Positions 1-31,573 of a stretch of DNA of 42,676 nucleotides are shown here, piece after piece; the stretch's first letter is position 1, and each line of letters begins with the position of its first letter. Both the position numbers and the translations under genes were made by a program. Under the pieces are notes generated by a model. It worked only from the letters and a program-made list of their open reading frames with translations, was not told where the DNA came from and did not search any database. This DNA comes from Parvularia atlantis (taxonomy: Eukaryota): assembly GCA_943704415.1 (NCBI GenBank), contig CALSCO010001722.1, positions 1 to 42,676 on the forward strand, read 5' to 3'.

Positions 1-283
1 CACAGCCCATCCAGCACATGTCCCTGCCGATGGCGCCTCGCCGTCATCCCGGCGAAGGCCGGACCCCCGCCGCCGTGCCCGACGAAGAGGTGCGCGAGCG
101 CTCGGCCGCGCCGTACGGGCCCGCGCCGGGCGAGTGAGTGTGTACAGCTGTTATGTGCACTGATGACTGTTGGCTAACACGCGGTCTCTTTCGACATAAG
201 GTGCGGCCGCGAACCGCTTTGCGCGCACACTTGGGCCGCGCGCCGCACGCGCATAACACGCGCACCGCACCCTCGCACCGCAC

Positions 284-345
284 GGACGGATGGATGGATG
301 GATGGATGGGTGGATGGATGGACGGATGAGCGGATGGATGGGGGT
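284..345 (+). repeat. Imperfect (GGAT)n tract in the putative 5'UTR intron of RPL31
   Basis: ggatggatggatggatggatgggtggatggatggacggatg read directly. Confidence 0.9.
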
Positions 346-392
346 AAAAACGAGCGCGAGTTGACTCAGGCCGCACTCGCGCGCGACAGGAA

Positions 393-875
393 ATGGCCCC
401 GAAGCCCGAGAAGGCGGAGAAGAAGGCGGCCGACAAAGGCGGCGAGAAGAAGACCAAGCGCAGCGCGCTGCAGGACGTGGTCACGCGTGAGGCGACGATC
501 CACCTGCACAAGCACATGCATGACCGCAGCTTCAAGAGCCGGGCACCGACCGCGATCAAGGCCATCCGCGCCTGGGCCTACAAGCAGATGGGCACGAAGG
601 ACGTGCGCATCGACGCCACGCTCAACAAGGCCGTGTGGAGCCAGGGCATCAAGAACGTGCCGCACCGGCTGCGCCTGCGCCTCTCGCGCCGGCGCAACGA
701 CGACGAGGACGCCAAGGAGAAGCTGTACACGCTCGTGACGCACGTGCCCGGCGTGCTGCTGACCAAGTCGCAGCGCAAGGGTGCGTGGGCGCCCGCGCGC
801 GCCCGCGTGTTGTCTGTGTGCTGACGACGCCCGCGTGCGTTTGCAGACGTCGTCACGAAGGTCGTCGAGGCGTGA
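393..875 (+). CDS. RPL31: 60S ribosomal protein L31 (eL31)
   Basis: Translation [13 protein letters not shown]...[13 protein letters not shown]...[49 protein letters not shown] is typical eL31. Intron 781-846, last exon DVVTKVVEA*. Probable 5'UTR intron 201-389. Confidence 0.97.
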
Positions 876-1009
876 GCGCGCAGCGAAAACCGCGTGGGTT
901 CCTCGTGTGTGCTAGCTCGGTGGGCATGAGTGGGCCTCCTCTACGCGCCGTCTGCGGCAGCGGTCCGCACAGCGACAGCGCTGCTTCTCTACACGCGGCG
1001 CTGGTATCG

Positions 1010-3012
1010 TCAGTTGGCGCCTGCCCGCGCCGCTGGTGAGACGGCGGCGGACAGCGACGAGTCAGTGCGCGCACCGAGCACGCGCGTCGCAATCGCCCGG
1101 TACGAGCTGTTCATGTCCTCGGGCTCGTGCTGGTAGATGGCCATGAACGCGCCCATCGCCAGCGAGAAGTAGAACACCTCGCCGCCAGGCACGCTGCGGA
1201 CGTAGCCGCGCTTGCGCAGGACGTTCCACACGCTCTCGAGCACGCGTGGCAGGCAGTACCTGGGCGCGCAGCTGTGAGTTCACGTGAGCGGGGCCCGGGT
1301 CGCCGGCGCACATGGCCAGCTCGAGCCGCCGCGATTTTTGCTCGAGCAGCACCGAGAGCCCGCCGAGCGCGCCGATGGTCTGGTACATCCACGGCCGGTC
1401 GCCGCCGGCGAGGTTGCTTAGGTGGCAAGGCATGCCCCAGACGATGGCGCAGTAGAGCGAGAGGAAGAGCGACGAGCGCAGGCTGTTGAGCACGAGGCGC
1501 TGTGCAAACATGTCGGGCCTGTGCGAGCAGGGCCGTGAGCGACACGTGCGCCGACGGCGGCCCGCACCGCTTGAGCAGCTGCCGGTGGTGGAACAGGAGC
1601 GCCATGGTCAGGTTGAGCGGCAGGTACAGCTTCATCGTGCGCGGGATCGACGTGGCCATGAACTGGAGCGAGCCGACGGTGCAGCTGTCCGAGCCCGGGT
1701 GACGCAGCGCGTGCAGGCAGGCCGTGTGGCCACCGCCCGTGAGCGCCTTGATCGCTTCAGGGCTCCGCTGCGCGCACGCCAGGCGCACTTTGAGCACGGG
1801 AGCGGGCACCGCGCGGGCCGCACGCGGGGCACCATCACGTGCGAGTACTTTGTCATGTCCACGGCCGCGCGGTGCCCGAGCGAGAGCTCGCCCACGTCGC
1901 GGAAGATCTCGTACCGCCGCTTGAACGCGTCGGGCATGTACCGGTCAAGGCCGGCGTGGTGGAACAGGAAGTTGACGTACGAGCCCTGGGCGCGCACGCG
2001 CGGCACGGGTCAGCTCACGCGCAACGTGACACTTAAGGCGCACGTTGAGCGTGTCGCTCTCGAACACGAGCGCGTACACGATGTGCATGCCCGTGAGCGA
2101 CATCAGCAGCACGTCGCCATGGTACCTGCGCGCCCCGCAGCTCAGGGTGCAGAGCCGTCGTCATCGCGCGCCGCGCACCAGTTGGGCACGAGCTTGCGGC
2201 GCATGAGGAACATGTACGAGAACTCGATCGAGCGCGTGGCGAGATACATGGCGATGACGTGCCGGCGCGCGGGCTCGTCCATCACGAGCGCGAGCCCAGC
2301 GATGCACCCGGCGATGAACGCTGGCGGTGGCGGTGGCGGTGGCGTGTGAGACGACGACGGCGCCTTCACCTGCGCGTGCGTGGGCACAGACCGTTCCACT
2401 TGTCCTCGGTGCGGCGCAGCTTGCGCAGGGCGCACTGCGCGCCCTTGAACGAGCCCACGAACGTGGCCAGGAACACGGCGAAGCGGAGCGTGTCCCATCC
2501 GGCGACCCTGATCAGCACGCTCGGGCTGTCTCGGCGCGGGTCAGCATCGGCGTGCGCGGCGGATGCGCGCGCGCGGACGCACTCGCGCACGATGCGCCCC
2601 GTGAGGATGTGCGGCACGAGCGCCACCGTGTACTTGACCGCGAACGCGCCCACAAACGTCCGGAGCACGCCGCGGACGCAGTTGTTGGTGCACGTGCCGC
2701 TGTGCTGGCAGTGCTTGCGCTTGCCCTCCTTCTCCTGCGCCAGCCGCGCCAGGTTCTCGCTGCTCCGCACGCTCAGCCCTGCACACACGCACGCGCGCCC
2801 CGCTCGGCAGCGCACCTGGACGAGATGCGCAGCGCCGAGTGGAACACGCCGCGCACCTCGGGCAGGCGCCGCAGCAGCGACTCGGTCTCCTTGTCGGTCA
2901 GCAGCTTGCCGAGCGCGTCGGCGATCTGCGCGTCTGGGTTACGCGGCCAGCGAAGGGGGCCGGGGCGGAGCGCGCGCGCCTTCTCCACAAAGTTCTCCCA
3001 GTAGCGCGACAT
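1010..3012 (-). CDS. TMEM135: TMEM135/PMP52-like membrane protein (multi-exon)
   Basis: Exon peptides CQHSGTCTNNCVRGVLRTF, LRFAVFLATFVGSFK, HPGSDSC...KLYLPL, NSLRSSLFLSLYC, LLEQKSRRLELAM, FSLAMGAFMAIYQHEP match the two-repeat TMEM135 family. Ends TRVLG|AN*. Start codon tentative. Confidence 0.8.
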
Positions 3013-3102
3013 GCGGGGCAGGCAGCCGGCGTCGCGTGGGTCGTGTGTGCGGGGTTTTGTGGCGCGCGAGCGTGAGAAAGTCGATCACCAATCCGCGTCG
3101 CT

Positions 3103-5309
3103 TTACAACACGTCTTCCTCTGTGAGATGCAGCGCCTCGATCGCGCGCCGCTGCCGCTCCTTGAGCACCTGCAGCACGAGTGTGTGCGCGTCAGCTGGTG
3201 AAACACAGCCAGCACGCGAGACCGCACCGCGTCCGACTCGTCATGCAGCTGCACCGTGACGTCGCGCACGCTGTCGCGCATCTTGTGCTCGGCCAGGTGC
3301 AGCTGCGTCGGGCACTCGTGGTAGAAAACGGCCGACTGCGCCGCACACGCGCGTCAGACCTTGGCGCGCACGCGCGCGCGCACGTCGGCAAAGCGCCTGC
3401 ACCTGGTGCTGCAGGATGAACAGGTAGTTGCGCGGGTTGTTGTCGCGCCGCACGCGGTACTTGGCCGCAACTGTGTACGGCGCCGCCTCGCCGCTGTCCT
3501 CCTCGTCGAGCTCGCGCGCCTTGCGCTTGCACAACAGCCGCGTCCCAAACTGGCTGTCGACCTCGGACTCGTCGGGCGCGATCTGCGCGTAGTCCACGAG
3601 CAGCCCGCCGTCGTGCGCCGGCTTGCCCGCGAACGACATGAGCAGGAAGCTGCGGACGCACACGCGCAAAGTCAGCGGCACCGCCGCGGCACCTCGTTCA
3701 GAAAAGACAACGCACTCCTGGCCCCACGTCGCAAAGTCGGGGAAGATGGGCAGCACCTCGGCCGGCTGCAGGCCAGACTTGGTTGGGTGCTTGAACTCGA
3801 TCGCCTGCGGGTACCGCGCACGCAGTCAGCACGGCGCAGCACGGCAGCGCTCGCACGCGCCTGGCTGGCGTCGTCGTGCACGCGCGCAAACGACTCCTTG
3901 ATCAGCCGGACCTTGTCTTCGCGGCTCAGCAGACGCTCGCTCGTCCTTGCACCACCGGCGTCAGCGAGCCGCGACGGCGGCGGCCAGCAGGCGCACGTAC
4001 CGCTGCGGTGTCGCAAACATGCGCATCGACCCGACCAGCGCCGGGTCGGTCGCCACAAACTCGGTGTGCCGCAGCCACGGCACTTTGCTCGATGACTCTG
4101 GCCGCTTCTTGGCCTGCGCATCCAGCTCGGCGTCGTCCTCGGCAAGCATCGCGTCGACCCCGCTCAGCTTTTGCCCTGCGTGTGCGCGCACATGCTGAGC
4201 CGCTGAGACGCGCGCGCCGGCCCCGCAGACGCACGGTCGGACGCCGTGGGCGGGTTGTACAGGTCCTTGTCGACCAGGTCGATGCCGAGGCCCATGTTAC
4301 CCTCGGTGCGCATCGAGAACTTGAAGTTCTCCTCGAGCGACGTCGTGCTGTACCGCACGAAGCGCATGGGGTCTGCCGCGCCGGTGCCGCTCAGCACGCC
4401 CGCCAGCCGCTCGGCCGTCCACGCGCACCGAACGGATACGCGATGAACTTGGGGTCGAACGGCAGCTCGGGTAGGCTGTTCTTGTACTTGAGCTTGGCCA
4501 GGAACCACTCGGTCTTCCTGGTGTCGCGCCGCATGCGGCTCAGTGCGACGGGCTGCGAGGGCGGCGACGCGCACTTTTCCGAGCGCGGGATTGGCGGAGG
4601 CAAGTCGGCGGGCCGCTTCTGGTCCTGCTCGACGACGGCCTTCTTCTTGTCCTCGAGACGGACTTGCTCCTTCTTGCGCTGACGCTCCTGGTACAGGCGG
4701 AGCTGGTCCTCGTTGGGCTGCGTGGCCGCGCGTCAGGCACACGAGCACGCGGCGAGCAGCAACAACGCGGTCGCACCGCCGCCGCCGCCGCCGTGCTCGC
4801 AGCCGCCGCGCTCGCAGCCGCCGCGCCCGCGCTGACCACGGCCGGCCGCGCGCCCACGAGCCCCGGCACGCCCGATGGCCGTATCGCCGCCGACGGCAGC
4901 GCGGTCCCGGCAGCGCCGAGTGCGGGTGCGGTCCCGTTCAGGGCGGTGGGCCGGGGCGGCGCGGGCTGCCACTGGGGCGGCGGACGCATCATTGGGTGGG
5001 GTGGCGGGCGCATCATCGGGTGCGGCGGCACGGCCATGTGCGGCGGCATCTGCATCTGCATCGGCATGGGCATCGGCATCGGCGCCGGCATGGGCGGGTA
5101 TGGCGCCATGCCCGGAGGCAGCGGCCGCATCGCGCCGGGCGGGCCCATCCCGGGCGGCAGCAGGCCCATCGGCCCGGGCGCGAACGGCGGCGCCTGCATC
5201 GGCCCGGGCGCCGGCACGAACGGCGGGGGCGGCCCGCGCGGCGGCATCCCTGCGGCGCCGTCGTGAGCGCTTGCGAGCTCAGCTCAAGCCGGAAGGACGC
5301 ACACGCCAT
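3103..5309 (-). CDS. PAF1: RNA polymerase II-associated factor 1 with Pro-rich N-terminus (multi-exon)
   Basis: FLAKLKYKNSLPELPFDPKFI, RFVRYSTTSLE, GIDLVDKDLY, SKVPWLRHTEF, LPIFPDF are PAF1 motifs. Start is 5309 (MAW|MPPR) or 5247. Last exon VLKERQRRAIEALHLTEEDVL*. Confidence 0.9.
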
Positions 5310-5455
5310 GGCTGTTGCGCGGCCGCTGCCAGGCGAAAGTAGCGAAACCCGAGCTGCCGCACCGCTGCACATTTTCGCGCGGTGCGCCGTTCGTCTTTCG
5401 CCGCTTGGCCGCTGCCCCCGGTGCCCCGCCGCCGCAGCCTCAGCCAACGCAGCGA

Positions 5456-24534
<19,079 letters not shown>

Positions 24535-24578
24535 GCGCGCTGCGCTGCGGAGATTGTAGAGGGCAAACTGAGGGGACG

Positions 24579-25196
24579 ATGACGACGCAGGCGCAACTGA
24601 GCGTGCTGCGCGATCAGGCGCACGCATCGCTGCGCACGTCGCTCGAGCGCGTCCTGGCACGGGCGCGCGCCGTCGATGCCGAGCTGACCGAGCTGTGCGC
24701 GCTCTCTCGCACGACACGGACACGGGGCGCGCATGCGGCACTGACGGATCGCGCGCCAGGCGCTCGCTCGGGCAGCAGCTCGAGGCGCTGCGCGCGACCG
24801 AGGGCCAGCCGTTCAAGACGCTGGTCGACGTCGGCGCGCACTTTTACGTGCAGGCGCGAGTGGACGACGCGCGCACGGTGCTGATGGGCATCGGGCGCGG
24901 GTACTACGTCGACATGGGCCTGGACGAGGCGCGGCGCTACGTCGACGGGCGCGAGCGCGCGCTGAGCAGGTGGCGGGCCTGTCTGACGTGCGCGGCGCGA
25001 TCGCTCACGGCGCACGCGCGCGTCCTGCAGGCAGCTCGAGCAGCTCAACCAGGAGGCGACACAGGTGCAGCAGCAGATCTACGTCGTGCGTGGCGCGCGC
25101 TGGTCGGCGTCTGTGGTGCGCGGCGCTGACGTGCGACGTGCGACGCAGATGGCCCAGACTATTTCGGACCTGCGCGGTGTCGCTGTACAGCCGTGA
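24579..25196 (+). CDS. UXT: Alpha-prefoldin, UXT-like (multi-exon)
   Basis: FKTLVDVGAHFYVQARVDD..VLMGIGRGYYVDMGLDEA flanked by coiled-coil helices, typical of UXT-type prefoldin alpha subunits. Confidence 0.8.
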
Positions 25197-25220
25197 ACGT
25201 GAGCACATGGGTATAATGAG

Positions 25221-26287
25221 CTACTGCGACTGTCGCCGGTACGGCACGGCGAGCGCGAACCGCACGGCCGCGCTCTCGAACGGCTGGTCGGTGTTGGCAG
25301 CTGGCGACGCTGGTGGGGACGGCTCGGGTTCGATGCCGCCCGACAGCGGCGTCGGCGGCGGCGGCGGCGGCGAGGGCGTGGGCCCGCGGTCGTCCGCGTC
25401 CTTGGCCAGTTCAGCCGCGTCAACGCTTGCTGGCTGCTCGTCCTCCTCGCCGCAGCTGGCCCCCGCGCGCCGCAGCTGCCGCTCGAGCAGCGCGATGCGG
25501 CGGTCGGTGCTGACGGTGCTGCGCGCGCGGCGTCGGCGCGTGAGCGGCACGGGCAGCCGCGGTGAAGCGCGCGCACTTTGGCACGACCAGCTTGGCCAGC
25601 TTGCGCGACGTCTCCACCTCGGTCGTGTCGCTCTGCCGCCGCAGCCGCTCCTGTCGCCGCTGCACTTCGTCGACGAGCGACTGCGATGTCGTGTGAGCGC
25701 AGGCCGGGCGCGACCCGAGAGAGCCGCACCCACCCGCTCGCGCGCAAACTTGACGACGAGCGATCGCCCAACAACGACGCGCCCGTTCATCATCTCCACC
25801 GCGCGCGTCGCGTCCTTTCGGCGCGCCGTCGTCAGCACTGCGGCGATGTGCGCTGCACGCGGTCGCGGCACCTCGTGCTTCTTGTACTCGATGAAGCAAA
25901 AGCCGCGCGGCTGGCCCCGCATCGGCCTGCGCTCGCGCTCGCTTTGGCGCGCGGCACAGCGGCGACGCACCGGACGACGCACCCGTCCAGGTGCCACATG
26001 TACTGCACGTGGTGCAGCGGGCCGAACGGCTCAAACAGCTTGATGACGGCGAGCCTGCCGCCGTCCGTGAGCTCTCGTGTGCCACACGAGTGCAACGGCG
26101 CCACACACTCGTTCAGCGTCTGGTCGAGATTGCCCACAAACAGCCTGTTCTCCGGCAGATCGATCTGGGCGCGGCCGTGAGCCGCTCGCGCAGCGCAAGC
26201 GCAGCAGGGCCGCACCGTCGCCCGCGAGCCCGCACGCGGCGCGACGATGGCCCGCGAGAAGCGCGTGTCGCGCCTGACCCGCAACAT
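25221..26287 (-). CDS. RBM18: RRM protein, RBM18-like (multi-exon; start uncertain)
   Basis: RNP2 RLFVGNL, RNP1 GQPRGFCFIEY, MNGRVVVGRSLVVKFA, then DRRIALLERQL, similar to the RBM18 C-terminal motif. Confidence 0.7.
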
Positions 26288-26334
26288 GCCACAGACGTGG
26301 CCGCGTGTCACGAAACAAGTTGTGTGACGGGACC

Positions 26335-27808
26335 ATGCGCCTCGTGGCCGTCGCGGCGGCCGGCGGCGACGAGGGCGGGGCGGTGCAGGCGTGGGACGTG
26401 GCGACGGGCGCGGTGGCGGGCGTGCTCAAGGGCAACGCGAGCGACGCGCACGCCATCGCCGTCGGCAGCGACATCGTCGTCGCTGCGCAGCGCGGCAAGA
26501 ACCAGCTGCTGCTGTGGCGGTGGGGGCGCGACCAGCCGCTGCTCCGCTTCGGCGCGCCCGAACGGCTCACGGCCGTCGCGCTCAGCCACGATGGCGCGCT
26601 GTGTGCGGGCGGCGCGGCCACGGGCAAGGCGTACCTGTGGGCGGTGCGCGTGCGCGGCGTTGCCGCATGGCTTTGTCGCACAGCCCGCTCACCTCTCTCG
26701 CGCTCAGGTGGCGACGGGCGACCTGCTGCGCGCGTGGGACGCGCACTACGGCCGCGCGGGCGTGCTGCGCTTCACCGATGACGCCGATCTGCTGCTGAGC
26801 GCGGGCGACGACGCCGCCGTCAGCGTGTGGCTCGTGCAGACGTGCGCGGCTCCCCCCTACTGCGGCTATGTTGCCGCTTGCTGACGGCGCTGCCTCACAG
26901 GCTGCTCAGGCCATCCGCGCACGACGGCACGGGCCTCGCCGCGCTTCACACGTGGAACGCGCACACCCTGCCCGTGACCGACGTCGTCTGCGGCACCGGC
27001 GGCGCGCGCGGCTGGGCCGCCTCGTGCTCGCTCGACCACACCGTGCGCGTCTGGAGCCTCGCCGACGGCGGCGCGCTCTTCGCCGTGACCTGCCCGATGC
27101 CGCTGCGCTGCCTCGCCTGGGTCGCGGCCGACGCGCGCCTCGCGGCCGGCGGCGCCGACGGGCGCATCGTCCTGCTTGACCTCTACCGCCGCGCCGTGCC
27201 CGCGCCCGAGCAGCAGCAACAACAGAGCCGGCGGCCGCTCACGGCGCGCCCGGTCGCCTCGTCCGGCCTCGTCACGCGCCCGCCGACGACCGCGCTGCTG
27301 GGCACCGACGCGGGCGAGGCCGCCGCGGCCGGCGTGCACCTGCTGCATGCGCACACGTGCGTGCTCGCGCGCGACGCCGTGCTCCGTTGACACACGTCCT
27401 GCGCACAGAGGCGCCGTCACGGGCGTGAGCGCGAGCATCGACGGGCGCACACTCGCGAGCGTCGGCGACGACGGCGCGGTGCACGTGTGGGACCTCACCT
27501 ACCGCCAGCTGGTCAAGACGCTCGCGCAGCTCAAGGGCACGCCGCTCTCAGCCGTGCAGCTCATGCCGCGGCCCGTCTGGCTGGACGGCACACCGCAAGC
27601 CGCGGGCGCGCACGCCGCACTGCCCCTGCCGCCCGCACCGCCCGTCGCGCAGTTCAAGCGCGTTGTGCGGGCGCGCACGGACGAGCTCGTCGTCGTCGCG
27701 CCGCTCTTTGGCTGCGCCGCCGAGACGCGCTGGCCGAGCACACCTGCACCTGCGCCCACGTCCGCAGCACCGGCGGGCGAGGGGGACACGATGGCTGTGT
27801 ACGACTGA
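26335..27808 (+). CDS. WDR18: WD40 protein WDR18/IPI3 (rixosome)
   Basis: [12 protein letters not shown]...[53 protein letters not shown] follow the IPI3/WDR18 pattern. Confidence 0.85.
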
Positions 27809-27891
27809 GCAGGCGGGCTGGGCGCGACAGTCGGTCTGCAAACACAGACAGAGCGCGGCGCATGCACAAGAGGGGGGCGACGCGCGCGCGC

Positions 27892-28538
27892 TCAGAGGCT
27901 GCTCGGGTACAGCATCTGGCGGCGAACAGCACGTCAGCCACGTCCAGCCCGCGCAAGCGCGCGCGCGCTGACGCACCACGCGGACCGACGCGCCCATGCT
28001 GATCGGCGGGAGGTTCGAGCGGAACTTGGCGCGGACGACGCCGCTGTTGCCGTGCGGGCGCGTGACCTTGCCCCAGATAACGCGGATCTGGCTGCCGTTG
28101 GTGGCGCGCTTGGCGCGGTAGACGTACGCCAGGCGCTTGCCCAGGTAGAACCGTGCGGCCTCGGGGGTCTGCGGCGCGCGCGGACGTGGGTCAGCTTGGC
28201 GCGTGGGGCGTGCAGCGGCGCGGGCGGCGTGCCTTGACGCCCTCGATGCGGATCAGCGACGTGCTCACGTGCTGGTTGCGCTTGCCACGCTGGTAGCCGA
28301 GGATGGCGCCCTTCGTGTAGAGGCTGCGAGGAAAATTGGGGCGCGGGCGGGCGCGGCAATCTGAGCGTGTGTGCATGGCGCTTGCGGCCTCGACGCGCGG
28401 TGCATCCATCCATCCATCCCTCCCTCCCTCCCTCCCTCCCTCGGGGGGTTCGGTGTGGCGTAGCGCGGCGCAGGGCAGGACGGGCAGGGCGGGCAGGGCG
28501 CGGTGCGCGGCAACGCACCGGACGGGCTGCGACGCCAT
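27892..28538 (-). CDS. RPL35A: 60S ribosomal protein L35a (eL33)
   Basis: [72 protein letters not shown]. Confidence 0.96.
28403..28441 (-). repeat. (GGGA)n(GGAT)n tract in the first intron of RPL35A
   Basis: catccatccatccatccctccctccctccctccctccct on the + strand. Confidence 0.9.
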
Positions 28539-28840
28539 GACTGAAAGAGAACGTGTGCTGGGCCTCTCACAGTAACTTTCCTTAGCAGTCGCGATGGGTA
28601 CACATTTGACTCGAGGCTGTTGAGCATCGCGCCCAGGCGCTCGGCGACGGCAGGCAGGGCCTCGACCGCGCGGTCGGTGGCCGGGGCGGTGGGCGGGGGC
28701 GGTGAGCTCGGGCTCTGTGCTGCGCCTGCAGCTGAGCGGTTGTCGCACGTCGCTCCCGCGTCGAAATTCGCGCAGCTCCTTGACCCCTCGAGTCGAGTTT
28801 GCGCGTCGCGTCGTCGGAAGCCGCAGCGCGCGTGCTTGAG

Positions 28841-28956
28841 ATGGCCGCGCACGGGGGCACGGTGCGCGGCAAGCGAAAGCTCACGCTCGCGGTCAACAAC
28901 CTGGTGCGTTGCGGCTGCTCGCGCGCGCCCGGTTGTCGTCTGACCACCGCTCTGTG

Positions 28957-28993
<37 letters not shown>

Positions 28994-31501
28994 CAGGCCG
29001 ATGTCACCGCCGCGGCCGAGGAGCAGACGCCGCCCGAGAACCCGCTGCTGGGTTCCTACGTGCGCGGCTGCTGCTGCGTGCCCGCTGCCGTCGTGCGCGC
29101 TGAAGATCTGCCGCGCAGATCATGGGCGACCTGCTCGGCAAGGGCTCCTTCGGCAGCGTCTACCGCGGAATCAACTCGGAGACGGGTGCGCGACGGCGCC
29201 TGCCTGTGCTGCGCGGCTGAGACGCGGACGCGGGCGGGTGCGCTAGGCGAGTTTGTGGCGGTCAAGCAGATGGAGGTCACGCAGATCGAGGAGAGCAAGG
29301 TGCGCGCCTCCCGCGACCGTTGCACGTGCTCAGACCGCGGCGCGCACGTGCGCAGCTCGCCCTGCTGCGCTCGCAGATCGACAACCTCAAGCGGCTGTCG
29401 CACCCAAACCTCGTGCGCTTCCTTGACGTGCTCTCGTCGCGCAAGAACATCAACCTGGTGATCGAATGTGCGCGCCGTCGCGCCGTCCCGCGCACGCAAC
29501 GCCCGCTCACCCGCCCGCGCAGACGTCGAGAGCGGCTCGCTCGCGTCCATCGTCGACAACTTTGGCAGCTTCCCGGAGCAGCTGACGTGCCGGTACATCG
29601 CGCAGTGCCTGCAGGTGCGTGTGATCTTCCGCGCTGCACGTGTGGCGTGCACGCTCAACCGCGCGGCAGGCGCTGACGTACCTGCACGAGTCCAACGTCG
29701 TGCACCGCGACATCAAGGGTGTGGCGATGTGCGGCCCTGTGCGGCGCTGTGCTGACGGCGGCGCGGCGCGGCAGGCGCCAACATCCTCATCACCAAGAGC
29801 GGGCAGGTCAAGCTGACCGGTGCGAGCGAGCTCGTGCGCGCGTGCGGTCTCTCACGCGGCCGCCGCGCAGACTTTGGCCTGTCGAAGCAGGCGCTGACGG
29901 CGATGGGCGACAACGCGGCCGAGGTGGCGCCGTACTGGAGTGCGTCGCTGCATCTCGGCGCACGCGCTGGGTCGCTCACTCTGCGCGTGCGCAGTGGCGC
30001 CCGAGGTGATCAAGAACGAGGAGGCTGAGCCCAAGGCCGGCAGCGACATCTGGTCGCTCGGTTGCACGATCATCGAGCTCTACACGGGCGCGCCGCCGTT
30101 CTACCAGCTCGCGCCGACCGCGGCCGTGCTCAAGATCATCGAGCAGGACATCGACATCCCGATCAACTGCTCGTCGGTGCGTGCGAACACGCCGCGCGTG
30201 CCCGCTGACGCCCGTCTGGCCCCGCAGGAGATGCAAGAGTTCCTGCGGCTATGTCTCGGCCGCGAGATGGCGAGCCGGCCGACGTCGCGCGCGCTCATGT
30301 CGCACGTGTGGCTGCAAAAGTACATCACGGCCAACGATGTGCGTGCGGCGCGCATGGTCAGCGGGGCCGAAGCGACTCACGCACGGGCGTGTGCGCGTCG
30401 CCAGGAGGGCCAGAGCACCGCCGCGATGCTCAAGACGCACGTGCAGGAGAACCGCGACGCGCTGCCGTCGGCCGAGTTCTTCCGGCGCATGTCGCTCGGG
30501 CCCGACCTCGGTGGCGAGGCACCGCTGGTGCGCGCACACGCGGCGGCGGCACTAGGGTGCTCTGACGGCGCATTATCCAGCCGTCCGAGAGCCGTGTCAT
30601 CCTCAAGGTGTTCATGCCCACGATCGACCAGACGAGCGAGTTCAAGACTCTGTACATCTCGGGTGTGCCCCAGGTCCTGCAGCACCGCCGCGCCGCAGCC
30701 TGATGCGCGCCACGTAGACCGCACAACGGCCGCCACGATCATCTCGGCCGCGCTGAGCAAGATCAACGGCCTTGACAACCCGAACCCGAAGGACTACTAC
30801 TTTTGCGAGGTCGCGCCGACCAGCGGTGCGCCGCTGGCACGGTCACAACCCGGCTGACACGCGCCGCGCAGAGGAGCGCCGGTTCGAGCCGAACGATTTG
30901 CCGATGAAGGACTACGACCAGGACTACATCCTCAGTGGCGAGTCGCAGTTCCACATCAAGCGGCAGGTGCGGGTTGCGCACGGCAGCAGGGTCTCGCCGT
31001 TGCCCACGCGCGGCCGGCGACCGCAGCCGCAGCCCGTGCGCGAGGGGCAACTCAAGCTGCGCCTGCCGGGCATGTTTGGGTCATTCAAGACGTACTACTT
31101 TGTGCTCGACACAGTCGAAAAGTACTTTGCGTACTATGAGAGGGTGCGCCGCGCGCCCGCGCCTGGCCGTCGTCACGCTCTCTTTCTCTCTCTCTCCGTC
31201 TGACACGCCGCCCGCAGCGGCCGAGCGACCGCAACACGGACAAGGCCAAGGACGTGATCTGGAGCCTGCAGATGATCATCGCGGTCGACCTCGACAGCCA
31301 GCACCCGACGTGGTGCGGCTGTGCGCGCACATGCACTTTCCCGGGCTGACCGTGCGAGCGCACGCGCGCAGGTTCAACGTCTACTCGGAGACGTGCGACT
31401 GGCTCGTGCAGTGCTCGAGCAAGGAGGAGACGATCGCGTGGGTGAACGACCTGCGGCACGCGAGCCAGTGCGACTTTGAGCTGAATGTGTTTGAGCGGTG
31501 A
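28841..31501 (+). CDS. Ser/Thr kinase (STE11/Cdc15-like) with putative Ras-association and PH domains
   Basis: LGKGSFGSVY, VAVKQ, LSHPNLVRF, VHRDIKGANIL, DFGLS, PYWMAPEVI, SDIWSLGCTIIEL. Then an RA-like segment (ILKVF..FKTLYIS..TAATII..LSKI..DYYFCEV) and a PH-like segment (VREGQLK...FKTYYFVL...SKEETIAWVNDLR). Confidence 0.85.
28958..28992 (+). repeat. (TG)n microsatellite directly before an intron acceptor in the kinase gene
   Basis: Read directly; followed by tcag|gcc. Confidence 0.95.
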
Positions 31502-31573
31502 GCCCGCGCGAAGGAGGGCGAACAGCGGCGGAAGAGAGAGGACTTTGCGCGAGTCGCTCCCCAGGCAAGACTC

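Noticed and set aside
1..137. Possible terminal exon of an upstream gene ending TGA at 135-137
   Set aside because: Too short and no recognisable homology.
4960..5247. Repeat-like GGCATC/GGCATG array
   Set aside because: It is the Pro/Met-rich low-complexity N-terminus of PAF1 on the minus strand.
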